From Paramecium tetraurelia (Eukaryota), in the NCBI GenBank assembly GCA_000165425.1, contig CT868028.1, forward strand, positions 1 through 64,000: a DNA stretch of 64,000 bases, in the 5' to 3' direction. Each line of letters opens with the position of its first letter. Within the stretch, counting starts at the first letter, position 1. Positions 1 to 12,743 of this stretch are shown here, in pieces. The translations under genes and the position numbers were made by a program. The notes under the pieces are model-generated. The model made no database searches, was not told the DNA's origin, and saw only the letters and a list, made by a program, of their open reading frames with translations.

Positions 1-8
1 CTTATTAA

Positions 9-104
9 CCCCAAACCCAAACCCTTTTCCAACCCCAAACCCAAACCCAAACCCAACCCCAACCCCTTTCCCAACCCCAACCCCAAACCCAAACCCCAAA
101 CCCC
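9..104. repeat. Macronuclear telomere repeats (mixed CCCAAA/CCCCAA, i.e. G3T3/G4T2 on the other strand)
   Basis: Tandem C3A3/C4A2 units at the window start; the mixture is typical of Paramecium telomeres. Confidence 0.95.
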
Positions 105-454
105 TATCAAAATACTAAATTTATTATTTTCATTTAATATAATACTGGTAATTTTCTTTTATTCTACTAATCTTATCTATTTCAAATGTGAGTTTACTTA
201 GTAAAAATATTCCTAGTAGACTTTGGGGGAGAATAATGAAATAAATTTAAGTTAATGTACAAAAATATAAATAAAAAGTAAGTGAAATTATTAAATCATC
301 AAGTTATTGTTTTTCTTTTATAATTTAATTAACTTTTTTTTTTTTCATATACCATTAATTTAGTTAACTTTTTTTTTATTTAATATTATGATTAGAATTT
401 ATTTAATTCCTTTAAATTTAATATATTGATTTTTTCAAAATGCTTAAGTTTGTT

Positions 455-2339
455 TCATAATTTTTTTTCTTTTTCCTGAAGTTCTTGTGGAATTGAATAG
501 ATAAGTTGTTTTAGTTCCTTTTATGTTTATTTAAACTCACATGTTAGATTAGAAATCTCTTGTTATAATTAGTTTTTGCTATTCTTGATATTCTAATTTT
601 GTTTCTTCATCTTTAATTTCTTGCTCACAATTTTATTGATATTAATCTTAAATATTTTGAGACATTATTATAAGAGATGTTTGGTTTGTTTTCTCATCTG
701 ACTCATTATTCTATTTATGAAAAATGGTTTGCTTAAAAGAGATTGGTTGTTTTTTATCAACATTTATTATAAAATCTGAGATCTATTTGATAACATCCAT
801 ACTTGTATTATTATTTTATATCAGAGTAGTCTTAAGAATTACTCCTTTGATGCTCTTTGTGATTTCATCTTCAGATGATTGCGATACTGAACTATCACTA
901 TTTTAATTAATTAGAATGCTCCAAATGCTTATTTTATTAGTTTTTGGCAATTTTTTTAACATTGTAAAAAGTCTCTCTTTAATTAAACTTGATCTTTATA
1001 ACTTGAGACAAAAAATAATAAAATGAATAGGATTTGTATTGATATAGTTTGAGTAAATCAATTCTAACTTTTCTGAATGGAGTATTGATAAGATAAAACG
1101 AATCATCCAATATCTATCCTTCCTTGAATTGATTTCTCTCTTTGTAATCTTTAATATCATACACCTTTTGTATCACAAATTATTTTAGTTCATCTTCATC
1201 ACTTAAAAGCAAAATAGCAATAAAATCTTCTTTATTTTTTATTTACATTTTACTGTTTTAAATCTACTATTTATTAGCTTCTATGTAAAACTATCTATTT
1301 ATTTTCATTCCTTTTAAATTTATTGAAAAATATAGATTTTTTCTAAAATTGGCAGAATGTTAGTGATCCTTTATATAGCCTAAGATTGATATTATTTTGA
1401 TTTATAAATAATTTTGAATTAATTCATTTATTACTCATTCAACATCTAAAGCATTTTTTTGAATTTTTCACATATTTAGTTACTAGTTCTTTTTGATCGA
1501 ATTAGAATAGCCAAAGATCACCCACATCATAGATCACGATTCTATTCTCATGGGCATGTTTATAATACTTTGCAATTACCACAATACCAAACCTTTTTAA
1601 ACCATTCTCGGATATACTTAGATTGTTAATAGATCTATTATTAATTTAATTAACTAAGCTAATAAATTGCATCGCTATATAATATAATTTGATTTTATTT
1701 GATATTTGTATCTGATATATCAATAATAGGTTTGGTTGAGATGAGTTCTTACATATTAATCTCAAATTAATTTTCTAAACTAAAGGATAGATATTCCTCA
1801 TAAAATTATTTCTTCAAATTATTTACTCTCTATTTTAATAATTTTGTCACTACAATACTGTAGTCTATAAATAAATTTGAGAGATTTAGGAATTGTATTT
1901 ATTTTTGTGAGAGCAAATTTCTTAAAAAATTCTAATAAAGTTGTTTTTATTAGATTCATGAATTTTATTAAATAAATATATTCCCTTCTGTTTATAATCT
2001 AAATTCTTATGAGAATTATTGATAAAAATGTATAAAAATTTTCTATCTCTTGCTTTAACTCTGAATTAAACGTTTTTAATATATAATAAACTTTCGATAA
2101 GATTGACTAATGATATTTTAAACAGAAGACAATCTATGATAATCTAAAATAAGTACTATGATAAAGTTAATAGTGAATAAAATGATTAAGTAATTACATT
2201 TTCATCTCTCACCTTAATCTATTTTCTCTTTTATTATCAATTTTTCAAATACAATCTCCTTATACTCTGTAGGCAATAGTTTAAATAAAGAATCCTTCTC
2301 AGAATTACAATCACCAATAAATATAATAAGATGCTACAT
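455..2339 (-). pseudogene. Disrupted paralog of the tandem pseudo-GTPase gene at 9083-10999
   Basis: Code-6 segments MQHLIIFIGDCNSEKDSLFKLL, SKVYYIL, KGIYLF, WYCGNC, IAILLLSDEDELK, FYLINTPF, QRSSLIKERLFTMLKKLP and a C-terminal coiled coil are collinear with the 9083-10999 protein; in-frame TGA at 2202-2204 and frame changes. Confidence 0.6.
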
Positions 2340-2592
2340 AATAAAAATACAAAGTAGAGAATCGAATTTATGATGATAATATGTTAGTAATTCTATTAAG
2401 AATAAATAATTAAAACAAATAATTTTATTTATTCGTATAAATATTGTACTTTCATTGATTGTTTCAATGAAATTGCAATTTTAAGAATCTGATTCTAATT
2501 ATAATTATACCCTAACATATCAATTACATCTGGCTTAAGTACTGCTATTTGGTCATTAAATAGAAAAATTAAATACTAATTAGAAGTTAGAA

Positions 2593-5500
2593 TCAGTCTT
2601 AGATTTTTATCCTTAATTTCGTATGTTTTGTCCTGTTATAGCTCTAGATTACCAGATTATCCAAATTTTTCAGTTGAGCTAAACTAAATTGTTGAGTCTC
2701 CACTGCTGTATGCAAACAATTCCCCATTTCTTGTAAATGAACAGAATTTGATAAGGCCAGCGAGCGAAATTGTCTATTTCTATTCTCCTTTTACATAATC
2801 CCATATATACATTTACCTATTACTGATTGTAGCCAAGATATTTCTTTTTGAGGAAAAACATAATTACTATATTTCATAAGTAGTTATCCGTGAATTTGAA
2901 GGAATAATATTTAATGTTTTAGATATCGCAAGTTTCGATCCTTCTCCCAAAAACTTATTTTCATTTGTCAGAATATCCCATCTAATGATTTACTCTTTAC
3001 TTTCATTTTTCTCTTTCTTATCAGTTTTCACAACAATCACTAAATATTGCATTCTTTAAAACATCATCTAATCAACAACTCCCTGTATTTATAAATGATT
3101 AAATGGCTATTTGGTCTTAAAATCACACAAGGAAATAAAATTATTGTCCCCTGAATAAGCAATAAATTTTCCATCAGGAGATAAGGCAATTTCTTTTATA
3201 ACTTATTATTATCTGGTTTGTTCTTCTTTGTAATAAAAACCATTAAGCTCCCATTATTAAATTGAATCATATTCACTTAATGATAATAAATATTATTCAT
3301 CATGGCCAAGTGCAAAAGATTTTAAATCACAATTGTTTTGCGTATCCAATTTAAAAATTGGTATTTTTTGTTCTATATCCCATAATTATAGAGTGTTATC
3401 TCTAGTACATGACCATAGTGAATTATTTCTTGTAAATCTTATTTTAATGAGTTAATCTCTGTGTTTGTAGAGACTAAATAGATATAATTTTTAATCTACA
3501 CTCCAAAATCTGATGGATTTATCATTACTGCAGCTTGCTAAATATTTTTATCTTAAGAAAATGTGACACATCTTAATCCATCAATATGACCACTAAATGT
3601 ATGATTTTCTGAGAAAGTTAATTAATGTTGCTATTGGAATAATTTGATCTATTTATCAGAATTACCTTATGCAAGATACAGAATGTTGTTCTCTAGATCC
3701 ATACAAAATGACAAGGAATTTATTTTTCCAGAACTAGCCTTTATATTTTTTTATTATAACTTGACCATAGCAATCACCTGATGCTATGTACTATTTTGTT
3801 ATAGCAACTGACAAAATATGACTTTAATGATGTTAATGGTTATTTAGGATTTAGCAATAAAAGATGTCCCAATATATTACTTATTTATCTTTTCCAACTG
3901 ATACTAATTACCTAGCATTAGATGAATAAGCAATTTCATTTACAATATCAGTATGCCCTATCAGTTTATGAATCCCTATTCCTCCGTTCCTATCGGAGAT
4001 TAATATTTTTTATTTCTAGCCAATTGCATAATGAACTCCGTAAGGTGATATTTCTAAACAACTTATATTCCCAGTTTGTTTATTCAACAATCCAGAAATA
4101 TCCCATATTTAACAACCAAAAGCTACTTTATTTTCATTTTTAGAAAATGAAATTACATTTTCCTTTTCTTAGCTACCTTGAAACTATAGACAACTTTAGG
4201 ATATTTTAAATCTAATAATTTAATATAGTCTTAATGATCTTTATAAGCAATAAATTTCCCATTTGGAGATAATAAAAGTGACATTGTATTATATAACTCT
4301 ATTACTTTGAAATTCTGCTTTGATTCAATATCCCAAAACTGAATACAACCTTTTTTGTCGCAAGATATTAAATTTTTTTTTTCATTTCCTTAAAATGCTA
4401 ATGTGATTACAGTGGATGAAACTTACACAAGATCAATCGGATTGTTATTTTCTTCAGCCTCATAAAGTCTTATTCGAGTTTCACAACCAAATGCTAAAAC
4501 ATTGATGAAACGAGAAAATGTCATTACTTTTACATTGGCAGATGTGTTAAACCATTTTTTTTTCCCTTAATTGTCAATATTAATTTACACGATGCAACTA
4601 TAGCAGTGTAAAATTTATTATTTTTCATATTTTGAATACTGATTAATTCAACATCTATTATAAACCAACTAAATTTGAATTTGAGTATAGTAATTATTGG
4701 TCATTTTTAATGAAAGCAATTTATAAGATATCCCCTTAATTCTTTTAATCAATATTTTTGGGTTAATCTACAATATTTCTTGTATTAAATAATTAGATAG
4801 CTGAATTTAACCCTATTGCTAATAGTTAATCATCATTTGAGATCGCATAGCTAATGGCTTGAGATTTTAATTCATTTACTTAATCTGGGCCTTTAATCGT
4901 CTCCTTAGTGATTTTGTTAGATTTCTCATCAGAATATAAAATCCACTCGCCAGTTTAATTAAATATTATATATTTTGAATTAGTTTAAATCTTTCTATAA
5001 TTTTTTTATTATTAAATTTTCCCATTTCACATTATTCAAACTACATTAAACAAAATCACAATTAGTAATATTAATATTTTGAAATTAACTATTATTTAAA
5101 TTCACTTTATAAAATGAGCAGCCATACAAAACAAACCTTTTGGATATATGAATGCTTAAACTTAATTCATTAAATTTGTTCTAATAATACTTAAGACTTT
5201 TAAATTTTGAAATTTCAGATTTCAATTCTTCTTAACAAACTTTAGATTTGTGTTCCACAGATAGATGATAATCCATAAATTCTATGACCAACTCAACTTC
5301 TACGTCAACTAATTAATCTTACTCATTTTTGTTGTTTATAATTATTGTCTCTAAATTTTTTATAATCCTATCAAATGTTACACAGTCTATGAAAATATTA
5401 TTCTTTCTTAAAATTTGTAGAAGACAATTTTTAAATTTAATGAATAAAAATTCTTCAATTGAGGGTTTTTAAATACACAATTAGAGAATATGCTGTTTAT

Positions 5501-8500
5501 CCATTTTTAATACTCTTAGCATTGAAGAATTTCAGATTCATATTATTTTTGATTTAGGGTACACTTATGTTGATATTAGTTTAACCATCTAATTGATTGA
5601 TTTAATTATTTAATAAGTATCTTAATCTTCTTAAATGATGATGAGAAAAAGAAAACGATAATCATTATTGTTCCTGGATATTGATATTTCTGTTTTAAGG
5701 TTTAAGTACTTTTGAATATTTTGTTCAATTTTATCTACATCTAAATTATCAATATAAACAAAAAGTATAATCGGAATATCAATTGTTGTTTAATTCTATT
5801 TTTCCCAAATAAATTCTTCAGTTTGCTTAGCTAAAGTAATCCTCCCTAGGCAATCTTCTCCATAAATGATTAAAATTTATGATTATTATTCAGAAATAAA
5901 GGTAGTAATTTATTAGTTTAGATTCATTGCTTATGTGTTACTTGAGGAATTCCAACTATTACATGTTAAATCTAAAGTATATTTATTTTAGAAGATATCC
6001 TAATATTTTTATTCTAAAACCATTTTTTTGCTTTAGTTCGATGAGTTCTAATTACCTTTAATTGATTTTTATGAAAGCCGATCTTGTTTTTTTCTTTATT
6101 TCGTTTTCGTAATTGAATTTGAGTGGTTAAGATTATATGAAGGGTGTATTAGGGTGATTGATTAAAATATCATAAAATTAGTGTGTGATTTATTATTGAT
6201 TAATGTATAGTTATTGGTATTTTAGTTTATTTTTTAGATATAATTTTTTGAATATATATATTGGTTAATGTAGAATTTTTTTATTATTTTTATGTAATNN
6301 NNNNNNNNNNNNNNNNNNNNNNNNNATAAATACTATTATTAATTAATATAAAACAAATTAATTAGAATTATCTAATTGTATTGGATTGTCTTAGTTGTTG
6401 AAATATTCTATGTTAACTTTAATGCACTTTCGCAAATTCTAAATTAATTCTACGATATTTTCATCTAAATTTAATTGATCATATTCATTTTCCAACCAAA
6501 TATCAATTAAATTCTCCAAAGCAAATTCAAAAATATGTCGTTTCACTACAAAAAGACATAATCTTAATTAATTAAACTACTAAATTCTCAATATGTCTTC
6601 TATTATGCTCAGATAATTTGAATTATTACGGATATCATAATTGCTATAAAATAAACAAACTAAATTTATTATAACTAACTGGATCCGACATTTAAGATAA
6701 ATTCATTTGCTATTGCTAACTACTCTATTAATTTTACCACTATCTTAATTACAATAGAATATCTTATTGGTTCTAATTTAAAATATTACTTCCTTCTTTT
6801 TGTGACAGAATGTTTAAATTTCTTATATCTTTAGGTTCTAGTTATTAGTTTTTAAATAGCCTATCATCACTCTATGATTGTTTACTTACTAGTTCATTGA
6901 AAAATTCAATTATTTCTGCAATTTCATTTTTATGATGAGGGTTATTCAAAATTTGTAAGAAGATTTATTTTAGATTAATCAAATAATTTCTGTTTAGCTA
7001 TTGGATTAATTCAATAGTAGTCATTATCTTAATATAATGTAATTATTTATCTTATTAGTTACTTGATTTATTTAAAGATTCTTCAGATTCATTAATTATA
7101 GAAGATATGTTAAGAAGTCAATTATCTTAAATTTAGATCAAAAAGTAAAATTTTCCTTCAGATTAGCTTTATATTTACGAACATTTTTATGATCCTACTT
7201 TGATAATTGAAAGCTTTTTCAGGACATTTTTGTTTTTTTTTCCTAAATCAACATACGTCTCCCTATCTAACATCACTAATAATTCTTTGTTTAAATTTCG
7301 CACTATTTTATTTCTACGCTCGGTCGTCTTCGAGATATTTTATCTAAAATTATTTAAATCATTTTCTCCCATTCCACTTTTAATAGATCCTCAATTTTTG
7401 TAAATATATTTTTAAATGATAGAAGCTACTGATCATTAAAATCCTTTACTAATATGCATTAATTATAAAAAGATTTAAGCACTATTAATATACTTATGCA
7501 ATCAATCATGATGTCGATGTAAATATTCTTTAAATTTACAATATTGAAATTTTAACAATTTTGTAATTTTGTAATTTTGTTTCAACCTATTCCAATAATT
7601 GACATATTGCCTCACTTTTTTTGTAATTGTAGTAATTCTTATTTAACTTCTCCTGAATTATATTGATTTGATTGTCAAAGTATTTCTTCTCATCTACTTA
7701 AAATGATAAATATTAGATATTATTAACATAATTTAATATTACAGACCTGTAATTAATTGTAGTATTTTGGTTTTCAACATTCTAGTAGAGTCGTATCACA
7801 ATTTGGTAAGTTATTGGTCGAAATGATTATAAATTATGCTATTCCATTGGTATTATACTCTCAATATCTTCAACAGGTCTAATGAAATAAAATAAACAAA
7901 AAACAATTTTTATGAAGCACTTATAATTTTATTTTACCTAAATAATCTAAAATTTCAATATTTTTGGTTTTATTAAATCAAAACGAAATAAAAGCAGGGC
8001 AAAAAACTTACCTTCTATATAAATTAGAAATTAATGTAATCCATTAATTATGTATATGTATTCTTTTTGAATCTATAATTATATTTCATACAAATTATCT
8101 AAATATAGGATTATATCACTTCTATCTTAATTAAAAAAAATCCTAAATAGTTTTTCAAAACAAATCTTTAATTTATATACCATTACTAAAGAAAATTTTT
8201 AAAATCAAAAGATTCACTGACTGTTAATTCAAGTTCTATATTCTTAATATGGTTAATCAAATCGTTTACACTATCTAAATTGGATTGTAATCTTTGTAAT
8301 TATATCATATCTTAATCGTTCTAAATTTTCTATTATTTTTATATAGAAGTTATTGTTATATCATATTAATACTTTAATCCTCTTAATACAAGTTAATGAT
8401 AGTTTATTTTTTGAATTAATTAAAATTCTTTCAAACATATTTATCCAAATTACTCAAAAATCAGTAGGGACACAAATTAGTTTATAATTTTTATATTACC

Positions 8501-8704
8501 CTCTATGAGCATTGGTATTTTACTAGAAATTATTTTTACTCTGTCTTTAAGTTCTTGCTTTAAATTTAGTGAACCTCTTTGTAGAATCAATTAAAAGATA
8601 TCATTATGTGAAATTTTAACCTATTCTGTTGGTAATACTTTGGATGAGTAACAACATCCACCTCCTCTTAAGTTGATAATTAAATCTAATTCTTACACTA
8701 CCAT
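2593..8704 (-). CDS. Large NACHT-like (degenerate P-loop) / pentapeptide repeat / WD40 protein with N-terminal LRGG-GCC motif; apparent frameshifts (pseudogene or assembly error); spans the N gap at 6299-6325
   Basis: MVVQELDLIINLRGGGCCYSSK; ILIIYGEDCLGRITLAK (~5850); pentapeptide run LYGCSFYKVNLNNSQFQNINITNCDFVQCSLNNVKW (~5020-5140); many WD40 units, e.g. LIGHTDIVNEIAYSSNARQLVSVGKDKQVIYWDI. Confidence 0.75.
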
Positions 8705-9082
8705 AAATAATCTATAAATAACTCCATTGAGAATCCTTAAGATATAAATCCAATATTTTAACCAATATTTCGATTGCCTTTTAAATGTTATGGATTTGAA
8801 AATTTGTTTTCCATTTGATTATAACAATACTAGAAAAATTTAGTATTATTATTATTATAAAAAATTATTCTATTATTGAAAAGAGGATCAATTTAGGGTC
8901 TATGATTATAAATTATACAATTAACAAAATTAACTGACACATAGAAATTTTTCAAAAACTTTTGAGAATTAAAATGAGTAAAGTGATAATAAATAATTAT
9001 TAATTTAACTAAAATATATGTTATGCTTTGTATTATTATTACAAGTACTCAAATAGATTTTAAAATTTCATAAAACTCATTC

Positions 9083-10999
9083 TCATCTACATTTTGATTG
9101 CCTCAATTGCTAGATAATGGACTTATTTATTTCTTTTTCTTAAATTATATTTCTAAGTTTCTCTTTTTTTTGATTCAGAATCTTTTCCAATTTTTCTATT
9201 TCAAAATTTAACTCTTCAATTTAATTATCTTTATTCCTTTGTTAATTGTATAATTCTTCCAGTTTATCATTTTTAATTTGATCTGAAGCTTCTCTAAAAT
9301 TATTTAAAATTTTTTTATCTTCTTCAGCATTCTACTTTTCAAAAATAGTATCTTAAAATTGAAATTAGATTGCATTAGCGTTTGAAAAGCAATCTAAAAT
9401 CTAAGATTTAATTACAGTTTGATTGATTTGCCTCTTCAAAAAGACCATAGAATTGCATGATAATTTTTAGAATTCCTTTTTCAAATTTTGCTATTAATCG
9501 ACATCAGCATCACAAGAAGTCACAAAAATAAAGACTTACTATTTATTTAGATTTGGTAATTTTTTAAACATATCGAAGTATCTTGACTTCATGATTTCAG
9601 TTCTTTAATAATTTAAGAAAAAAACAAATATATGAATTGGATTTTTACTAAAATATGTTTTAAATGTATCTACTTCATTCAAATTAGTAATATCGAAGTC
9701 AAATAAAGGAGGATTATGAAATATATAAGTACAGTTGCGATCTTTGAGTTAACCATTAAAGAAGATTTTATTATCAATCTTAACATGTTGTTAATTCCTA
9801 TGTTCTATTAATATATTAAAGATATCACTTTTAATATCATCTTCATTAGCTAAAAATAGAACTGATATAGAATTCTCACATTTTAAGTTGTTATTTATCT
9901 TTATATTAACATTTATATCCATATTAATTTCTTTCAGAAGTTCAGTATCGTGTTTTTCATTACATTTTGGTTGGCTTTTGAATTCATCTGATAATTTCAA
10001 TAATATTTTCTATTCAAAATAATCTAAACTTTTTTAAATGATAAGCTAGAAGGAAATATATTTTAAAGAATTTTGGCATTATATACATTTATTACGAGTT
10101 CTATGGCTCTCAGGATTAGCAATTACAGTTTCAATTATGTTTTGAGAAATATGATATAAAGTGGAATTTACAAAATAGTACAATTGTAAACATTCTGAAC
10201 ATTAGTAAAAAGTGGATAAAATTAATCGATGTATAACTTTCATGATTTAATTAAATAGTTAATCTATTAAAAATTTAATTATGACTTTATATTCGAAGAT
10301 ACTGAATATTTTATCAAAATTGAATTAGAATGATTTCAGAATTTATTCTAATTGCATAGTTTAGAAGTACTTTGTTATAAACAAAGCCTAACTATTACCA
10401 ATAATTATAGCTCCTTTTAATTCCTTTTAAAGTGCATTAATTTAACAGTTAATTTCACTTTATTCATCAATCTTCAATTAACCAATACTATAAGTTCCTA
10501 AAATCACGTTATTTCTGCTTTAAATCAATTATTTAAATGTTGTTAAAAGATCTGTAATACCTAAGATTTAAAAGCAAATTGTATTTTTGTTTTTACAATT
10601 CATTTAATCATAAAGCTCCTTTGAATTTGTAAAAAAATAAATTCCACAATCGGAATAATTTGAATAAAATAGCAGTACCTTTAAATCAACTAAGATATCA
10701 GTAAATACTTAATGTTAATTAAGCAAAAAGTAAAAAACCTTTTCAATAATTAATTTGTGACATTAACAAATAGTAGCGATTAAACTCCATAACATTTTGT
10801 GATCTTCTTTTGTTTTTATTGGTGGAGTGTTCAATACATATTATTCTATTCCTTTAAAGGAATGAGATTGTTTTATTACTTAAGGGAAAGGATTGTAATT
10901 TTCTTCATTTTAAAACTATATGACTCCTGTTATTTAAGTATAGATCTAATTTTTTAGTGTTTCATCGTTACCTATCAAGATAAAAACCTTTTTCTACAT
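9083..10999 (-). CDS. Protein with two degenerate (pseudo) GTPase domains, CxxC..CxxC motif and C-terminal coiled coil
   Basis: MQKKVFILIGNDETLKNQIYTQITG and VLNTPP (degenerate G1/G3); CSEC..CIQC; second domain SVLFLANEDDIKSDIFN, HNPPLFD, FVTSCD; one probable intron near 10560-10600. Confidence 0.7.
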
Positions 11000-11319
11000 A
11001 TATTGAATTCATTTATAGTATAAATTAATTGCAATTAAACAACCTCATAATAGAANNNNNNNNNNNNNNNNNNNNNNNNNNNNNNNNNNNNNNNNNNNNN
11101 NNNNNNNNNNNNNNNNNNNNNNNNNNNNNNNNNNNNNNNNNNNNNNNNNNNNNNNNNNNNNNNNNNNNNNNNNNNNNNNNNNNNNNNNNNNNNNNNNNNN
11201 NNNNNAATAGCAATTAAACAACCTAATAATAGAATAACAAAACTTCTCAAACAAGCGTAATAGATTTTTCCTCAAATTTAAAAGGAAGGTGATAAATTAG
11301 AGTTAGTTTATAAAAAATT

Positions 11320-12743
11320 ATGGATAAGAAACATAAGCGAGTTGTTCTTATTGGTTTTATTGGTTGTGGCAAAACAACATTATTTAATAAAATCTGTAAC
11401 ACAGATTTTAAAGTTAAATAAGGAGGCCAATCAGATACAAGGTGATATATTAATTTATCTCTAGATAAGTCTTCCTAAAGGAGTCATGTCATGGATAAGG
11501 GTTTCGAGTTCTTGATACACCTGGATTTGGATCAAGTATTAAAAAGATAGAGCATGCTGTTGGAGTATTGAATGCATTGACCGAAGGCCCGTTGAACTAA
11601 ATATTTCTGGTGGTAAAGTGGGAAAGATTGGGTTTGATGAGAAAATACATAAAAGATATGGTTTTGATATTTATGAGGTATAGGAACCTAGTCACAATAG
11701 CTGTTACACATATGGATATTGCGGAGAAAAATACTTTAGAAAAAGATAAATTAGAATTTGCTAATGCAATGAAGTCATTTGGCTTATATTCCATAGTCTA
11801 TTTCTCAATACATGATTCAAAAAAATAAATATGTTTTGATATTGATAAAATAATATTGAGAACAGAATAATAAAAGGTAGATTTGACTGAGACAGAATTT
11901 TATACACATTTTGATCTGATAGAATATATGGAGGAATTAGAAATGAATTTAGAAGTAGCCAAAGGGTAGATAGTAGCTAATTTTAACAAAATTTCTAAAG
12001 TTGTGGTTAAATTTATTCAAGAGTTTGATGTAAATGATAAGAAAATATCAACCGTCATGCATTACTTGGCTTTGGAAGTAAAACGATTAGCTGAAAAAGA
12101 AATTTCTGAATTTGAAAGAAAAAATAATGATATCTTTTCTTAACTATATGAATAATGCTCAGATCCAGTAATAGCATATCTAGTAGATTTTGCATTAAAA
12201 AAAGAACTCATGGATTAAGTAGATAATATTGTAAAATTGACTTAATTAAAAATACTAAATGATTAAGAACATTTCTTTCATTACATTAAAGCTTGTCCAA
12301 ATTGTGGTTTAATTTGGTTGAAGGTATCTGGCTGTGAAGGAGCTACTAATTGTGGAAACTTTCCTGATGTAGATGAATATTTTAATAGTTACAAAGAAAC
12401 ATAAAAATATAAATTTGATATTACAGAAAAAGGAGTTAAGTTCCAGGAAATGCCTAATATTAATAATTAGGAAGTCAGTTTGAAAACATAAAGTACAGAA
12501 TTGCTTTCAAAAGAAAATAATTAATCTTAAAAGCGATAAGGTTGTAAGGCTCCAATAGAGTGAAATAAAATTCCTCCTTTAACTGAATTTCAAATAAAAG
12601 AATTGCTTGATCCAGGAATAGTTGATTATCTTGCTTACGAAATTCCAAAAGAGGAGCTTAAAAAGAAAGCTAAAATAGCAAGATAAACATTAAAAGAAAA
12701 AGTGGATAAAGTAAAGGTTGAATAAAAAATAATTAGATTATGA
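11320..12743 (+). CDS. P-loop GTPase (MMR_HSR1/AIG1-like G domain) with C-terminal Cys-rich RING2-like motif; internal in-frame TGA at 12561
   Basis: GFIGCGKTT (G1), SDT (G2), DTPGFG (G3), THMD (G4); 23-nt intron 11442-11464; CPNCGLIWLKVSGCEGATNCG...GCKAPIE*NKIPPL. Confidence 0.85.

Noticed and set aside
1090..1560. PP2C-like look of IVIYDVGD / ILLLSD / LDD segments
   Set aside because: Better explained by collinear similarity to the pseudo-GTPase at 9083-10999
11025..11275. ORFs across the N run and the near-identical ~29-bp sequence (gcaattaaacaacct.ataatagaa) on both sides of the gap
   Set aside because: Assembly-gap artefact or unresolved short tandem repeat; cannot be interpreted
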